Shown here: one piece after another, positions 27,285-37,034 of the stretch | Position numbering within the stretch: position 1 is the first letter of the stretch | Layout: each line of letters starts with the position of its first letter | Assembly: GCA_964342815.1 (NCBI GenBank) | Contig: CAYFHS010000034.1 | Coordinates: forward strand, 1 to 46,810 | Origin: an uncultured archaeon | GTDB taxonomy: Archaea; Thermoplasmatota; Penumbrarchaeia; JASLWR01 | Length of the DNA: 46,810 nucleotides | Direction: 5' to 3' | The notes under the pieces: generated by a model | Databases searched by the model: none | Told to the model about the DNA's origin: nothing | Seen by the model: only the letters and a program-made list of their open reading frames with translations | Position numbers and translations under genes: made by a program

Positions 27285-27683
27285 ATGGAGCGGGACTGGT
27301 TCTTTTCTACGATTTGTGTTGACATCGACGGTGTACTTGTTGATACCCGTAATTGCACAATTGGATGCGATTATTCCGGTTATCCCCGGGAGTACAAACA
27401 ACTGGACAGAGAAAGCTGCCCTCTGAAGAAAGGGGCTGTGGAAGCCCTAAAGCAGCTGAAGGATCGGGGCTACAAAGTCGTTCTCTACACTGCTAGAACC
27501 TCCCTGGAGCGTGAGGCCACCGAGAAATGGCTTTCCTCGCACGGGCTAGTTTACGATGAACTGGAAATGAACAAACCAATAGGTTTCATCTATATCGACG
27601 ACCTTGGATATAGATTCAAGAACTGGGATAACACGCTGAATGATATTTTTTCAGACCCCCGTCTTCGCTGTGAAAGGGATTAG
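27285..27683 (+). CDS. Capless HAD-superfamily phosphatase-like protein
   Basis: Motif I CVDIDGV, motif II VVLYTAR, motifs III/IV NKP...YIDD. Confidence 0.85.
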   Translation: MERDWFFSTICVDIDGVLVDTRNCTIGCDYSGYPREYKQLDRESCPLKKGAVEALKQLKDRGYKVVLYTARTSLEREATEKWLSSHGLVYDELEMNKPIGFIYIDDLGYRFKNWDNTLNDIFSDPRLRCERD

Positions 27684-27779
27684 CCAGAATGTTTTTAATG
27701 GTACGGAATAAATTTGAAAACGAATAAAAAACCCTATAATCGAGATGTTCGTTTTAGTCCGGAAAATTCTGAAAAGTTA

Positions 27780-27815
27780 TTTATAGTATAGTAGACTTTA
27801 CACTACTATAAAGTC
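27780..27815. promoter_or_regulatory. Nested inverted repeats upstream of the ABC operon
   Basis: TATAGTAG(27787-94)/CTACTATA(27803-10), TTTATAGT(27780-87)/ACTATAAA(27805-12) and GACTTTA(27794-800)/TAAAGTC(27809-15). Confidence 0.4.
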
Positions 27816-27904
27816 CACATTACCGGGGGCGGGGTGAAAAAGGCGGGCAAATCCGAAAATCGATAGACATATACCCAAGAAAGCATTGAACAGAGGCGAA
27901 CATC

Positions 27905-28606
27905 ATGGCCATAATCAGTTGTAAAAATTTACATAAAACATATGATACCGGAAAAGTGAAAGTACATGCCCTTCGAGGTCTCGATCTATCTATCGGAAAG
28001 GGTGAGATGGTGGCCGTAATGGGCCCCTCCGGATGCGGTAAGACCACTCTTCTGAACTGTCTGTCCGGTCTTGACAGCGTCACCGAGGGAGAGGTCTACG
28101 TCGAGAACATGAAAATAAATGATCTTTCTGACAACAAGAAAACTGAGCACAGGGCAATGAGAATGGGCTTTGTATTTCAATTCTATAATTTACTACCGGT
28201 ACTCTCTGCTCTCGAAAATGTTGAACTGCCGCTTCTGGTGTCCGGTATTAGGCCGAAAGTGGCCAAGGAAAAGGCTCTTGCGGCCCTGGACCTCGTGGGT
28301 CTCAAGGATTGGGCTCCTCATGTACCGGCGGAACTTTCCGGTGGCGAAAGGCAGAGAGTTACCATTGCAAGGGCCCTTGTGAACGATCCGGCTATCGTAT
28401 GGGCTGACGAACCCACCGGCGATCTGGACAAGAAAACATCCAATGGTATAATGGACCTGATGTGCCGTCTGAACAAAGAGAACAAACAAACCTTCGTCAT
28501 TGTGACCCACGATCCGGAAGTTGCTGCCCGGGCCGGAAGGCAGATACGAATGGAAGATGGTAAGATCGTTAAGGATTACAGCAATGGCGGCAGTGGCACG
28601 GATTAG
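27905..28606 (+). CDS. ABC transporter ATP-binding protein (LolD/MacB-like)
   Basis: Walker [10 protein letters not shown], signature LSGGERQRV, Walker [12 protein letters not shown]-loop VTHD. Confidence 0.97.
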   Translation: MAIISCKNLHKTYDTGKVKVHALRGLDLSIGKGEMVAVMGPSGCGKTTLLNCLSGLDSVTEGEVYVENMKINDLSDNKKTEHRAMRMGFVFQFYNLLPVLSALENVELPLLVSGIRPKVAKEKALAALDLVGLKDWAPHVPAELSGGERQRVTIARALVNDPAIVWADEPTGDLDKKTSNGIMDLMCRLNKENKQTFVIVTHDPEVAARAGRQIRMEDGKIVKDYSNGGSGTD

Positions 28607-28615
28607 GGTGGGGTT

Positions 28616-31600
28616 ATGAGTATAATTAAAAAATTCGATCTTGTCACGCCGCTTGTTGTAATTCTTTTGTTGGTTGCCTTTTCAGTGGCAATGTCCGTGA
28701 AACCGGGTTTGCTATTTTATTGGATTATTATTTTTATCTCCATTGGAGCAATCACGATTTCTGTTCTAAAAAATATTGTTCTTTTCAAGGTGGGAACCAG
28801 GAATATATCCCGGCGGAAAGGCTACTCCGTCATAGTGATACTGGGATTGATGATCGGTACCATAATCATCGCCAGTTCACTCATCGTCGGGGACACCATG
28901 GAAAAAATGATTGTGGACCTCAATTACAAAGTGTTCGGTGAAGTGGATGAAGTGATAAACGGGCGGGAGGCGGATGGATCCATGACCTATATCACTGAGG
29001 AAGATTTTATCAATCTCAGCAGGGAGATTCTCGAGATCCCGAACGTGGAAGGGGTTACCGGAGAGGTGGAAGAAACGGTGTCGGTCAAGAACGAGAATAC
29101 CAGTCAGAATGAGCCTAATTACCGCTTGATAGGTTACAATGTCAGCTCGAAAGCTTTCGGCGCCTTTATCAAGAATGGAAAAAAGATGCCCTTTGATATC
29201 AGGGATGATGGAGTCTATGTGGACAAGGATTCCGCAAAGGCTCTTGAGGCGAAGGCTGGACATCGATTGTCTATCATTACCCCCACTGGTATGCACTTTT
29301 TAAACATTAGCGCCATCGTCGATACCACGGGAAGGACCGGCTGGGTAATGGGTCAGGGCATCTATCTCCCTCTAGAGAGAGCGCAATTTTATCTGAATGT
29401 AACTGGGATAAACATCGTCAAGGTTACGAACACAGGCGGCGTGGTTGGCGGTGAAGAACACTGCGAAGGGATCGTCAAGGAACTGGAGAAAGTACTGGCG
29501 GGGGAGGAATATGGAAACCTCGAAGTGACCCGGAGCAAAGCAAAGGAGGTCTCCGCGGGACGAGAAGGGATGTCCCAATTTTCAGATATGTTCTTGGTCT
29601 TCGGCTCATTTTCTATCATTGCCGGTGTCATCCTTATAATAAATATTTTCGTTATGCTTGCCGAGGAAAGAAAAGGCGAAATGGGGATATCGAGAGCCGT
29701 TGGTATGAAACGACTTCATCTTGGCAGAAGCTTTCTGTACGAGGGCAGCGTATACGCCGTTATCTCCGCTGTGATCGGGGCCGCAATGGGGATACTAGTC
29801 GCTTATCTGGTCATCTTTTTTACCGAATCCATATTCTCGAATTTCGGTGAGAACATCAGTTTCAGTATTCTCGATAATTTCAATTTCACGTCACTGAGTA
29901 TCATACAGGCATTCACATTCGGGATGCTCATAACACTCATTACCGTTTCATTCGCCTCGAAAAGGGTGTCCAAGCTCAATATCGTAAGGGCGATCCGGAA
30001 TATTCCCGAACCGAAGATTCCCAAGAAGAGCACCCGAATGCTAATATTCGGAATATCAATTCTTGTTGTCGGGATTGGGTTGATCTTGCTTGGCTTCTTC
30101 GCTCTGAGTTCCTACGAGCTTGCCTCCATTTATGTTGGCATCTCCTTTATTATCATCGGTATAGGCTTCATTATACGGAGGTTTTTGGGTGAACGGTGGG
30201 GAATCTCCCTCTCCTCTGGAGTTCTCCTGATATTCTGGGCCATCCCCGGCTCCTGGTTACATTTAATAGACCTTGTGGATGACCCCGGTGGTATGGAATT
30301 TTTCGTACTATCCGGTATATTCCTCGTATCTTCGGGAGTTATTCTGTTCGTATACAATTCCAGCCAGATACTTGGTGTAATTGTAAAACTCTGGAGCCTG
30401 ACGAACAGACCCACCGCATCTCTGAAGACAGCCACATCTTACCCGATGAAGAACCGCTTCCGCACCGGTATGACCATCTACATGTTCGCCCTCATCATTT
30501 TTACCATTACTGTGATGTACATGATCGTAGGGATCATGAGCTACAACATTGAGAGAACAACACAGGAACAGATGGGAGGGCTTGATATTGTGGGTATCGC
30601 CAATCCCAACAATCCTATCGATAATATTGAAATGAGAATCGAAGAGAATCCATCCCTTTCTTTTGATGAATTCAACGCAGTCTATTCCATTACATCCGGC
30701 TATACATTGCTGAACACTTCCAAGCGAGATCCTGTTGCCGATGAATACATTATTGTTCCATCGGCCATGTACGGATTTGGAAAAAATTTCTCCGCGGAAA
30801 ACCGGTGGACCTTTAATTTGCATTCATCGAAGTACAGGACGGAGCGAGAAGTTTGGGAAGCGGTCTATACGGATTCGAACCTAGTGATTTTGGATGGCAG
30901 TTTTGTGGCAACAGACGATTTCGGTCCGCCAAATCCGGCCAGTCAGGTTGGCGCGAAGATAGGTAAGAATATAACCATGATCGGGGTGAACGGAGAGCCG
31001 ATAAACAAGACAGTAGTTGGAATTCTGGACCAGTTCATTTTTCCGGGTATATTCATGTCGGAAAGGACAATGGAAGAGGACTTCAACCTGACTTTCAAGG
31101 GCATTTTTCTCTTCGATCTCAAGGACGCTGACAAGGGCGAAGAACTTGCAAAGGTTATAGAGCGGGAGTTCAGCATTAATACCATAGCGTTGAAGACCGC
31201 AGTGGAGCAGTTCACGAATATCATGGAGCAGTTCTTCAATCTTTTCACGGCCTTCATGAGCCTGGGTCTCATAGTGGGTATCGCCGGACTTGGAATAATC
31301 ACCCTGAGAGCGGTACACGAACGGCGCCAGGAGATCGGTGTCATGAGATCCATCGGGTTCAAGAGGAGACAAATTACTATGTCCTTCATCCAGGAATCGG
31401 CTTTCATCTCACTTGCAGGGATAATTATTGGTGTTACCCTAGGTGTGATCATCGGCTATGCTATCTGGTATGACGGATTCAAGGTCCTCGATTACGAATT
31501 TTATATCCCCTGGTCGAAAATACTAGTGGTGGCGTTGATAGCATTCGTTTCAACCGCTGTGTTCACCATTCCGCCCAGTTACTCCGCCTCCAAGGTAGAA

Positions 31601-31627
31601 CCTGCAGATGCCCTTAGATATGAGTGA
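28616..31627 (+). CDS. ABC transporter permease, duplicated FtsX/MacB type
   Basis: Two FtsX-type motifs (AEERKGEMGISRAVG, VHERRQEIGVMRSIG), large extracytoplasmic loops, and terminal ASKVEPADALRYE. Confidence 0.93.
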   Translation: MSIIKKFDLVTPLVVILLLVAFSVAMSVKPGLLFYWIIIFISIGAITISVLKNIVLFKVGTRNISRRKGYSVIVILGLMIGTIIIASSLIVGDTMEKMIVDLNYKVFGEVDEVINGREADGSMTYITEEDFINLSREILEIPNVEGVTGEVEETVSVKNENTSQNEPNYRLIGYNVSSKAFGAFIKNGKKMPFDIRDDGVYVDKDSAKALEAKAGHRLSIITPTGMHFLNISAIVDTTGRTGWVMGQGIYLPLERAQFYLNVTGINIVKVTNTGGVVGGEEHCEGIVKELEKVLAGEEYGNLEVTRSKAKEVSAGREGMSQFSDMFLVFGSFSIIAGVILIINIFVMLAEERKGEMGISRAVGMKRLHLGRSFLYEGSVYAVISAVIGAAMGILVAYLVIFFTESIFSNFGENISFSILDNFNFTSLSIIQAFTFGMLITLITVSFASKRVSKLNIVRAIRNIPEPKIPKKSTRMLIFGISILVVGIGLILLGFFALSSYELASIYVGISFIIIGIGFIIRRFLGERWGISLSSGVLLIFWAIPGSWLHLIDLVDDPGGMEFFVLSGIFLVSSGVILFVYNSSQILGVIVKLWSLTNRPTASLKTATSYPMKNRFRTGMTIYMFALIIFTITVMYMIVGIMSYNIERTTQEQMGGLDIVGIANPNNPIDNIEMRIEENPSLSFDEFNAVYSITSGYTLLNTSKRDPVADEYIIVPSAMYGFGKNFSAENRWTFNLHSSKYRTEREVWEAVYTDSNLVILDGSFVATDDFGPPNPASQVGAKIGKNITMIGVNGEPINKTVVGILDQFIFPGIFMSERTMEEDFNLTFKGIFLFDLKDADKGEELAKVIEREFSINTIALKTAVEQFTNIMEQFFNLFTAFMSLGLIVGIAGLGIITLRAVHERRQEIGVMRSIGFKRRQITMSFIQESAFISLAGIIIGVTLGVIIGYAIWYDGFKVLDYEFYIPWSKILVVALIAFVSTAVFTIPPSYSASKVEPADALRYE

Positions 31628-31708
31628 GTACCATAATAAACGGAAATAAGGGGAAAAGATTAAAATTCTACCCCCTTAATTACCTTTTATCAACCTGAGG
31701 TGCGCATT

Positions 31709-31999
31709 ATGTTAGAGCTATATGATTCAAAATTCATCATCACCACGGATGACGGTAAGCTCATCAACTGTTATTCGCAGTATGAGGATGCCCGGACGGA
31801 CGCACATGACATTGTAATGAACCAGAATATCGATGATATTTTCATCTTTGAGCAGGTGGAAATGTTCCAGTTTAGCGAGCAATTTTTGCAGAAGAACTAC
31901 CAGCTGAAGGAGAAACTGAACAAGGCGGAACTCTCAAAGCCCGAGGAAAAGGCGGAAGAAACGGTGGAGGAAGAGAAGGTTCTACCCGTTGAAGATTGA
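31709..31999 (+). CDS. Small acidic hypothetical protein
   Basis: GAGGTG RBS about 7 nt before ATG 31709 (the track start is GTG 31700); E/K-rich C-terminus. Confidence 0.65.
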   Translation: MLELYDSKFIITTDDGKLINCYSQYEDARTDAHDIVMNQNIDDIFIFEQVEMFQFSEQFLQKNYQLKEKLNKAELSKPEEKAEETVEEEKVLPVED

Positions 32000-32223
32000 T
32001 TATTAAATTAATAATTACTTTTATTTCGCACTTTTTCCTTTCAAACCAAATTCAGTATTATTAATATTCATTATCTACGATCTGTTACATCAAGTGGCTA
32101 TAAATTAGCATCATTTGGTAGAGATTATCTTGGAGAAACAATGGGTTGATAACACCTCTGCAACGAATATTCCAATCCGTTTCAAAGCAAACTTTACTAT
32201 ACCCGTTCTACATTCCACCAACT

Positions 32224-32601
32224 ATGGTAGTTATAAGCGTTTCTCTATCCGGAAAAGAGCTAAAAGAATTCGATTCAATCGTGGATAAACTTGGTTATTC
32301 CAGCCGATCCGATGCGGTGAGGGAGGCTTTCGGGTGTTTTATAGAACATAACCGGTGGGTTACTCAGGACTCCGATTCCCCCCACTTGCTGGTTTCTCTC
32401 ATATACGGGGACATAAAAGCACATCGCATCCTGGACATAATTCACGATTTCTCCGAGACCATTCACAGTTCCTCACATACTCACGTGGACCACAAATGCG
32501 TTGACCAGTTGGTTCTAAAAGGTGAAAATTCGGAGCTGAAGCGGTTCGTAAACGCCATTGCTGCCGTGAAGGACGTGAGGACCAAGCAGGTACTGCTCTG
32601 A
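32224..32601 (+). CDS. nikR: NikR-like ribbon-helix-helix metalloregulator
   Basis: RHH segment MVVISVSL...SSRSDAVREA, then an ACT-like domain with the NikR H..HxH..C ligand pattern (IIHDF...SHTHVDHKC). The probable start is ATG 32224 rather than 32146. Confidence 0.85.
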   Translation: MVVISVSLSGKELKEFDSIVDKLGYSSRSDAVREAFGCFIEHNRWVTQDSDSPHLLVSLIYGDIKAHRILDIIHDFSETIHSSSHTHVDHKCVDQLVLKGENSELKRFVNAIAAVKDVRTKQVLL

Positions 32602-34373
32602 TCAACTGAAGAACGAGAACAGGAAAAGCAATCCGAATCCGGCCAGGAATGCAATTATTGCATAATTCCGGCCAATTTTTTCCTTCATTGATTCCGGAAC
32701 AAGGTCTAATACCCCTATCTCCAGGAAAATACCCGTGCTGAATGCCAACGCTATTCCTATATATAATTCATCAAGTCCGATGAAGGCGAGGAGTGTAAGA
32801 ATAACTCCCAACGGGGTCATGGCCAAAAGTATCAGTATGCCTCGTTTTATCGTTTTTGAAGAATATCCTCCCATTTTCATCAGGGATGTTATAGACAGTG
32901 TGCAAGGTGCCTTGTGAAGAATTATTGCCAATAGCACGATCCAGCTTATGACCCCGGTTTCGGGATTCAAAAAGAGCATTGTAAGAACAATTCCCTCAAT
33001 GAAGTTGTGGAACGCCACACCTGCAAAGGCCGCTTGACTGGTGGTGTGCAGGTGGTGAGTGCATGCTATGTTCGATTCCGGTGTCACCTCGTCCTCGTAG
33101 CATATCTCGTGATCTTGGGAATGATGATCGTGCAAGTGCAGGGCAATACCGTCCTTATCAGCAGAGTGCGGCGGGTGTCCCTTTGGGTGTTTCTTTTTGA
33201 ATTTCTTGTCTATGAATTTTATCACGTAATGCTCGATAATATAAACCGCGGCAAAACCTGCGAAGGTGGCAATAAGTACGAACCAGCCTGACATCTCAAT
33301 GGATTCCGGGCCGGTGTGGAACACCGCGACAGAGATAAATATACCGGCGGAAAAAGCCAGCAGATAGCGCATCTTACGTTCATCCCAATAGGAATGAAGC
33401 GGTGTGATACCGCCAATGTACCCCGTTGCAACAACTCCAACCAGAACAAAACCGAGAATGATCAAGCTACCCCCGCTCAACGAGGTATTGCTTTCTCTCG
33501 CTCTTACGCGATATGTCATCTCATTGGAATAGATATTACCGGCTTCGTCTTCCACATTGATAGTTATTATCTTTTCGCCGTTCGCTGCGCCTTCTATCAT
33601 CCAATCGTATATGATCATATTGTCTTGAACCGTTTCTTCGGTAGCTGGCTGATCGATGTAATCTGCAATTCCATCTACAGTGGCAGTACCGCCCACGACG
33701 CAATCTGTTCCCCAATGGTGGCTGACGGCGGTTCGTATGTGTAAGAGGTCCCCGTGTAAATGCACTTCGGTTTCAATAGGTATCGAAGCGGAGGACAGGG
33801 ACATCTCCGAAAGACGGGAAGCATCTCCAAGAATAAGGTCTACGTTTCTGCTCATCCCTGCGGAAAATGTTATGTCAATCGATATCGTAACCCCGGTTTC
33901 AAGTGTTGTCGTGGGGATGTCCAGGGAGATGGTGAAGAAGCCTCCTTCATTGTTAAGGTTCCGGGAACTGGAACTTCCCGAACCCAATTCCTCACCGCCT
34001 GCGGATACCGCAGCATCAAAGGACAGGTCCCGTCCCGTTCCACTGGCATACAATTTGATTGAGATCGGTCCACCGATGGTAAGAGAGGTTAGAACACCAG
34101 GGGATTCCCAGGTACCCAGAGAAGCGGCCCCCCCCCGCTTATCAGTCTGAAATCCGGACATTGGACGCTTCCTTGGGATGTCGAGTCAAGCGAAGGGGAT
34201 AATGAGTGGTCCGTGGTAAAAAATAATGGTGTATTGTATGATATGTCAGCAGAAGGTTCTTGTTCATTCTGGGCTCCGGCGCGTGAGGATGAAGTCATCA
34301 AACCGGCAGATAGAATTATAACGGCAAAGAAAATCAGACTGGACCAAATCTCAATTTTTCTTATTCTGTCCAC
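32602..34373 (-). pseudogene. ZIP-family metal transporter with a large N-terminal ectodomain, frameshifted at a G9 tract (pseudogene, phase-off allele or sequencing error)
   Basis: The signal-peptide ORF 34373..34089 (GTG, 3 nt after the ATPase stop) and the 32602..34161 ORF join in frame if the G run has 10 or 7 G. ZIP motifs FSAGIF, HNFIEG, HKAPC and AFSTGIFLEIGVLDLVPE, plus a His-rich loop. Confidence 0.8.
34128..34136 (-). repeat. G9 homopolymer inside an AAGCGG...CCGCTT inverted repeat
   Basis: The plus strand reads gaagcggcccccccccgctt, with nine C at 34128-34136. Confidence 0.9.
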
Positions 34374-34376
34374 CCC

Positions 34377-36956
34377 TTATTGTTCACATTCACAGGAAGT
34401 TGATTGAGAGTTTTGCTTCTCTTTTTTATCGGATTTGCATGCGTCGGAACACGTATCTGGTTCATTTCCCGTCATGCGGAGATTCCCGCTTTTTCCCTCA
34501 TCATTCGAAGCCGTAATACAAGAGCCGAGATCAGTATCTTGATTTTCTGATCCGCTGCAGCAATTGTCAATGCTTTGCCCTTTGTGTTCTTGCTTCCGTT
34601 TCCTTCCTTTCAAACGCATGCTGTTCGCGATCACTATTAGCGCGCTGGCCTCGTGTCCGATCACACCCACCGCCAGCCCTATCCATCCAACGAAGGCCGA
34701 CAGGATCAGTCCGAATACGATCAATAAGGCGAAGCCAGTATTTTGTTTTATGATACTTAGTGTTTTCTTACTTAATTTTATCCCGTAAATGATTTTTGAA
34801 AGATCGTCTGACAGCAGAGTAATATCGGAGGTTTCCACTGCAAGATCACTCCCTGCACCTCCCATGGCAATACCAATATCCGCTGTGGCTAAGGCAGGGG
34901 CATCGTTAATACCGTCACCCACCATGGCCACTTTACCCATCTTCCTTAGAAGTTTAATCTTTTTGACCTTGTCTTCGGGCAGAAGGTTTCCGTATTCCTT
35001 TGTAACACCGAGTTTCTTTCCCAAAACCCTGACGGTGGCTGAATTATCCCCGGAGAGCATATAGGTGTTAATACCCAAGTTCTTCAATTCAGCAATGACC
35101 TTTTTTGCCTCGGGACGAACAATATCCGAGGTTCCGATCATCCCGCGAATGATGTTATTCTCCGCAACGAAGAACACTGTTAGGGCCTTTTTCTCCAGAG
35201 ATATCGCTTTATCTCCGATCTTTTTATCTATCGGGATGGAATATTCCTTCAATAAAGCTCGATTCCCAACAATAATCTGTTTTTTTGGAAATTTTGCATA
35301 TACCCCTTTTCCCTTATGCACCTTGAAAAGATCAGGCTCATGGAGTTGGATTCCCTTTGCGAGGGCTGTTTTCATTATTGCTTTTGATATCGGGTGCTCT
35401 GACTTCTGCTCGGCGAGAGCGGCCAGGGTCAACACCTGTATTTCCGTTGTTTTACCAAATTCGATTGTTTTCGATATCCCGTGCCTGCCTAATGTTAATG
35501 TGCCTGTCTTATCAAACACCACATGGTCAACCTTACCCATCTGCTCAAGGGCGATTCCGCCCTTTATAAGAATTCCCCTCTTTGCAGCATTACCGAGTCC
35601 GGATACCACTGCCACAGGTGTTGAGATAACCAGAGCACAGGGGCAAGCCACAACAAGAAGGGTCAAGGAACTCTTGACATTGCGTGAAATTATGAAGGTA
35701 AGGATCGAAAGAGCTAGAACGGTCGGTATGAATAACTTTGCGAATTTCTCTATGAACTGCTGTGCCGGGGCCTTCTCCTCCTGGGCGTCTTGAACAAGGC
35801 GAATTATACGGGAGATGGTTGTGTCGTCACCTGTCTTTAGGATACATAATTCAAGATACCCGTCCTCGCTGAGGGTTCCACCGAATACCTGCTCGCCGGG
35901 TTCTTTACATACAGGTACGCTTTCACCGGTTATGGGTGCCTGGTTCACGGTGGCGAATCCCTTGACCACCTTTCCATCACCAGGTATTTTTTCCCCTGCC
36001 TTTACCACGGCAATATCGCCTAGCTTAAGTTCGGACAATTCGATCTCGATTATCTTTCCATTTCTCCTTACCGTCGCTGTCTTGGGTGCGCCTTTCAAGA
36101 GTTCGGACAAAGCCTTTCTCGTCCTTTCCATGCTAAGGTCCTGAAGGAGTTCTCCGAATGCCGTGAGAAAAACGACTGCAGTGGCCTCCCAGTAGGTTCC
36201 AATAAGGATCGCGCCTATAGCAGCCATTATCACAAGGAAGTCAATGGTGAGAACCCGCCCCTTCAGCGAATATACGGCTTTCTTGGCAATGTTGGCCCCA
36301 GGAACGATAAGGGAAACGAGAAATAAAAGGTTTGACCGAGTGATATCAAGGGTAAACCAGTGCCACTGGATATTATAATAATCCTGATCGAAGCCCAGCC
36401 AGCGAATCAGCCAGGCAAGTCCGAAAACTACTCCAGAGAACGCAAGCATTTCCACGGTCCTTTTCTGTTTCCGCAAGCTGCTTTTGACATCTGCTTCGGT
36501 CTTCAGGATCTGATAGCCCATCTTTTTGATGTAATCCTCTATCCTGGAACGTTTGATCCCCTCCGGAACGTAATTGACCGTTACGATATTGGCGCCGAAG
36601 GCCACAGAGGCATCAATTATTCCGAGCTTTGACTCTAAGTAACGCTCAAGTTCCTTACCACAGTCCCGGCAGTGTATCTGGTCGAGAGAGAACCTTACGA
36701 GCTCCCCCACCATCTCATAACCGAGGTTGCTGACGACTTTCTTGAGTTTCAACAGGGTTATCTTGCTGGAATCGAATTTGATCCTGCCCCTTTCAGATGA
36801 GAAATTTAGTTTAACGCTTTGTATCCCCTCCAGGTTGGTGATGGCGGTCTGCACTTTATTCACGCAGTCGGCACAGTCCATTCCTTTCAGGGTGATTTCA
36901 ACTTCCCTAAATTTCCCGTTGTTTTTTGAGATTATATCACTTGAAGGGATATTAAT
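34377..36956 (-). CDS. Heavy-metal P1B-type ATPase with two N-terminal HMA domains and a Cys-rich C-terminal tail
   Basis: GMDCADC and IHCRDC, TGES, ACPC, DKTGT, SEHP, GDGINDAP and GHEAS. The frame is open 25 codons upstream of the track ATG (36881), and those codons encode the first HMA strand; the true start is uncertain. Confidence 0.93.
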   Translation of the reverse strand: MNIPSSDIISKNNGKFREVEITLKGMDCADCVNKVQTAITNLEGIQSVKLNFSSERGRIKFDSSKITLLKLKKVVSNLGYEMVGELVRFSLDQIHCRDCGKELERYLESKLGIIDASVAFGANIVTVNYVPEGIKRSRIEDYIKKMGYQILKTEADVKSSLRKQKRTVEMLAFSGVVFGLAWLIRWLGFDQDYYNIQWHWFTLDITRSNLLFLVSLIVPGANIAKKAVYSLKGRVLTIDFLVIMAAIGAILIGTYWEATAVVFLTAFGELLQDLSMERTRKALSELLKGAPKTATVRRNGKIIEIELSELKLGDIAVVKAGEKIPGDGKVVKGFATVNQAPITGESVPVCKEPGEQVFGGTLSEDGYLELCILKTGDDTTISRIIRLVQDAQEEKAPAQQFIEKFAKLFIPTVLALSILTFIISRNVKSSLTLLVVACPCALVISTPVAVVSGLGNAAKRGILIKGGIALEQMGKVDHVVFDKTGTLTLGRHGISKTIEFGKTTEIQVLTLAALAEQKSEHPISKAIMKTALAKGIQLHEPDLFKVHKGKGVYAKFPKKQIIVGNRALLKEYSIPIDKKIGDKAISLEKKALTVFFVAENNIIRGMIGTSDIVRPEAKKVIAELKNLGINTYMLSGDNSATVRVLGKKLGVTKEYGNLLPEDKVKKIKLLRKMGKVAMVGDGINDAPALATADIGIAMGGAGSDLAVETSDITLLSDDLSKIIYGIKLSKKTLSIIKQNTGFALLIVFGLILSAFVGWIGLAVGVIGHEASALIVIANSMRLKGRKRKQEHKGQSIDNCCSGSENQDTDLGSCITASNDEGKSGNLRMTGNEPDTCSDACKSDKKEKQNSQSTSCECEQ

Positions 36957-36994
36957 TCATGGCGTAATAAATCGAATGCTAACAAATGGTTGAA

Positions 36995-37019
36995 AAGTTA
37001 ATAAGCCAGCAATTAACTT
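36995..37019. promoter_or_regulatory. 8-bp inverted repeat upstream of the ATPase-ZIP unit, candidate metalloregulator operator
   Basis: AAGTTAAT-(9 nt)-ATTAACTT. Confidence 0.35.
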
Positions 37020-37034
37020 ATTTCATTATTTGGA

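Noticed and set aside
27099-27401. 100-aa minus-strand ORF
   Set aside because: It overlaps the HAD gene antisense and has no recognisable features.
30871-30881. GGATTCGAACC, the reverse complement of a tRNA T-loop
   Set aside because: It sits inside the permease CDS with no cloverleaf around it.
34159-34161. ATG 34161 as the true ZIP start
   Set aside because: It gives no signal peptide. The upstream GTG ORF has one, is coupled to the ATPase stop and joins at the G tract.
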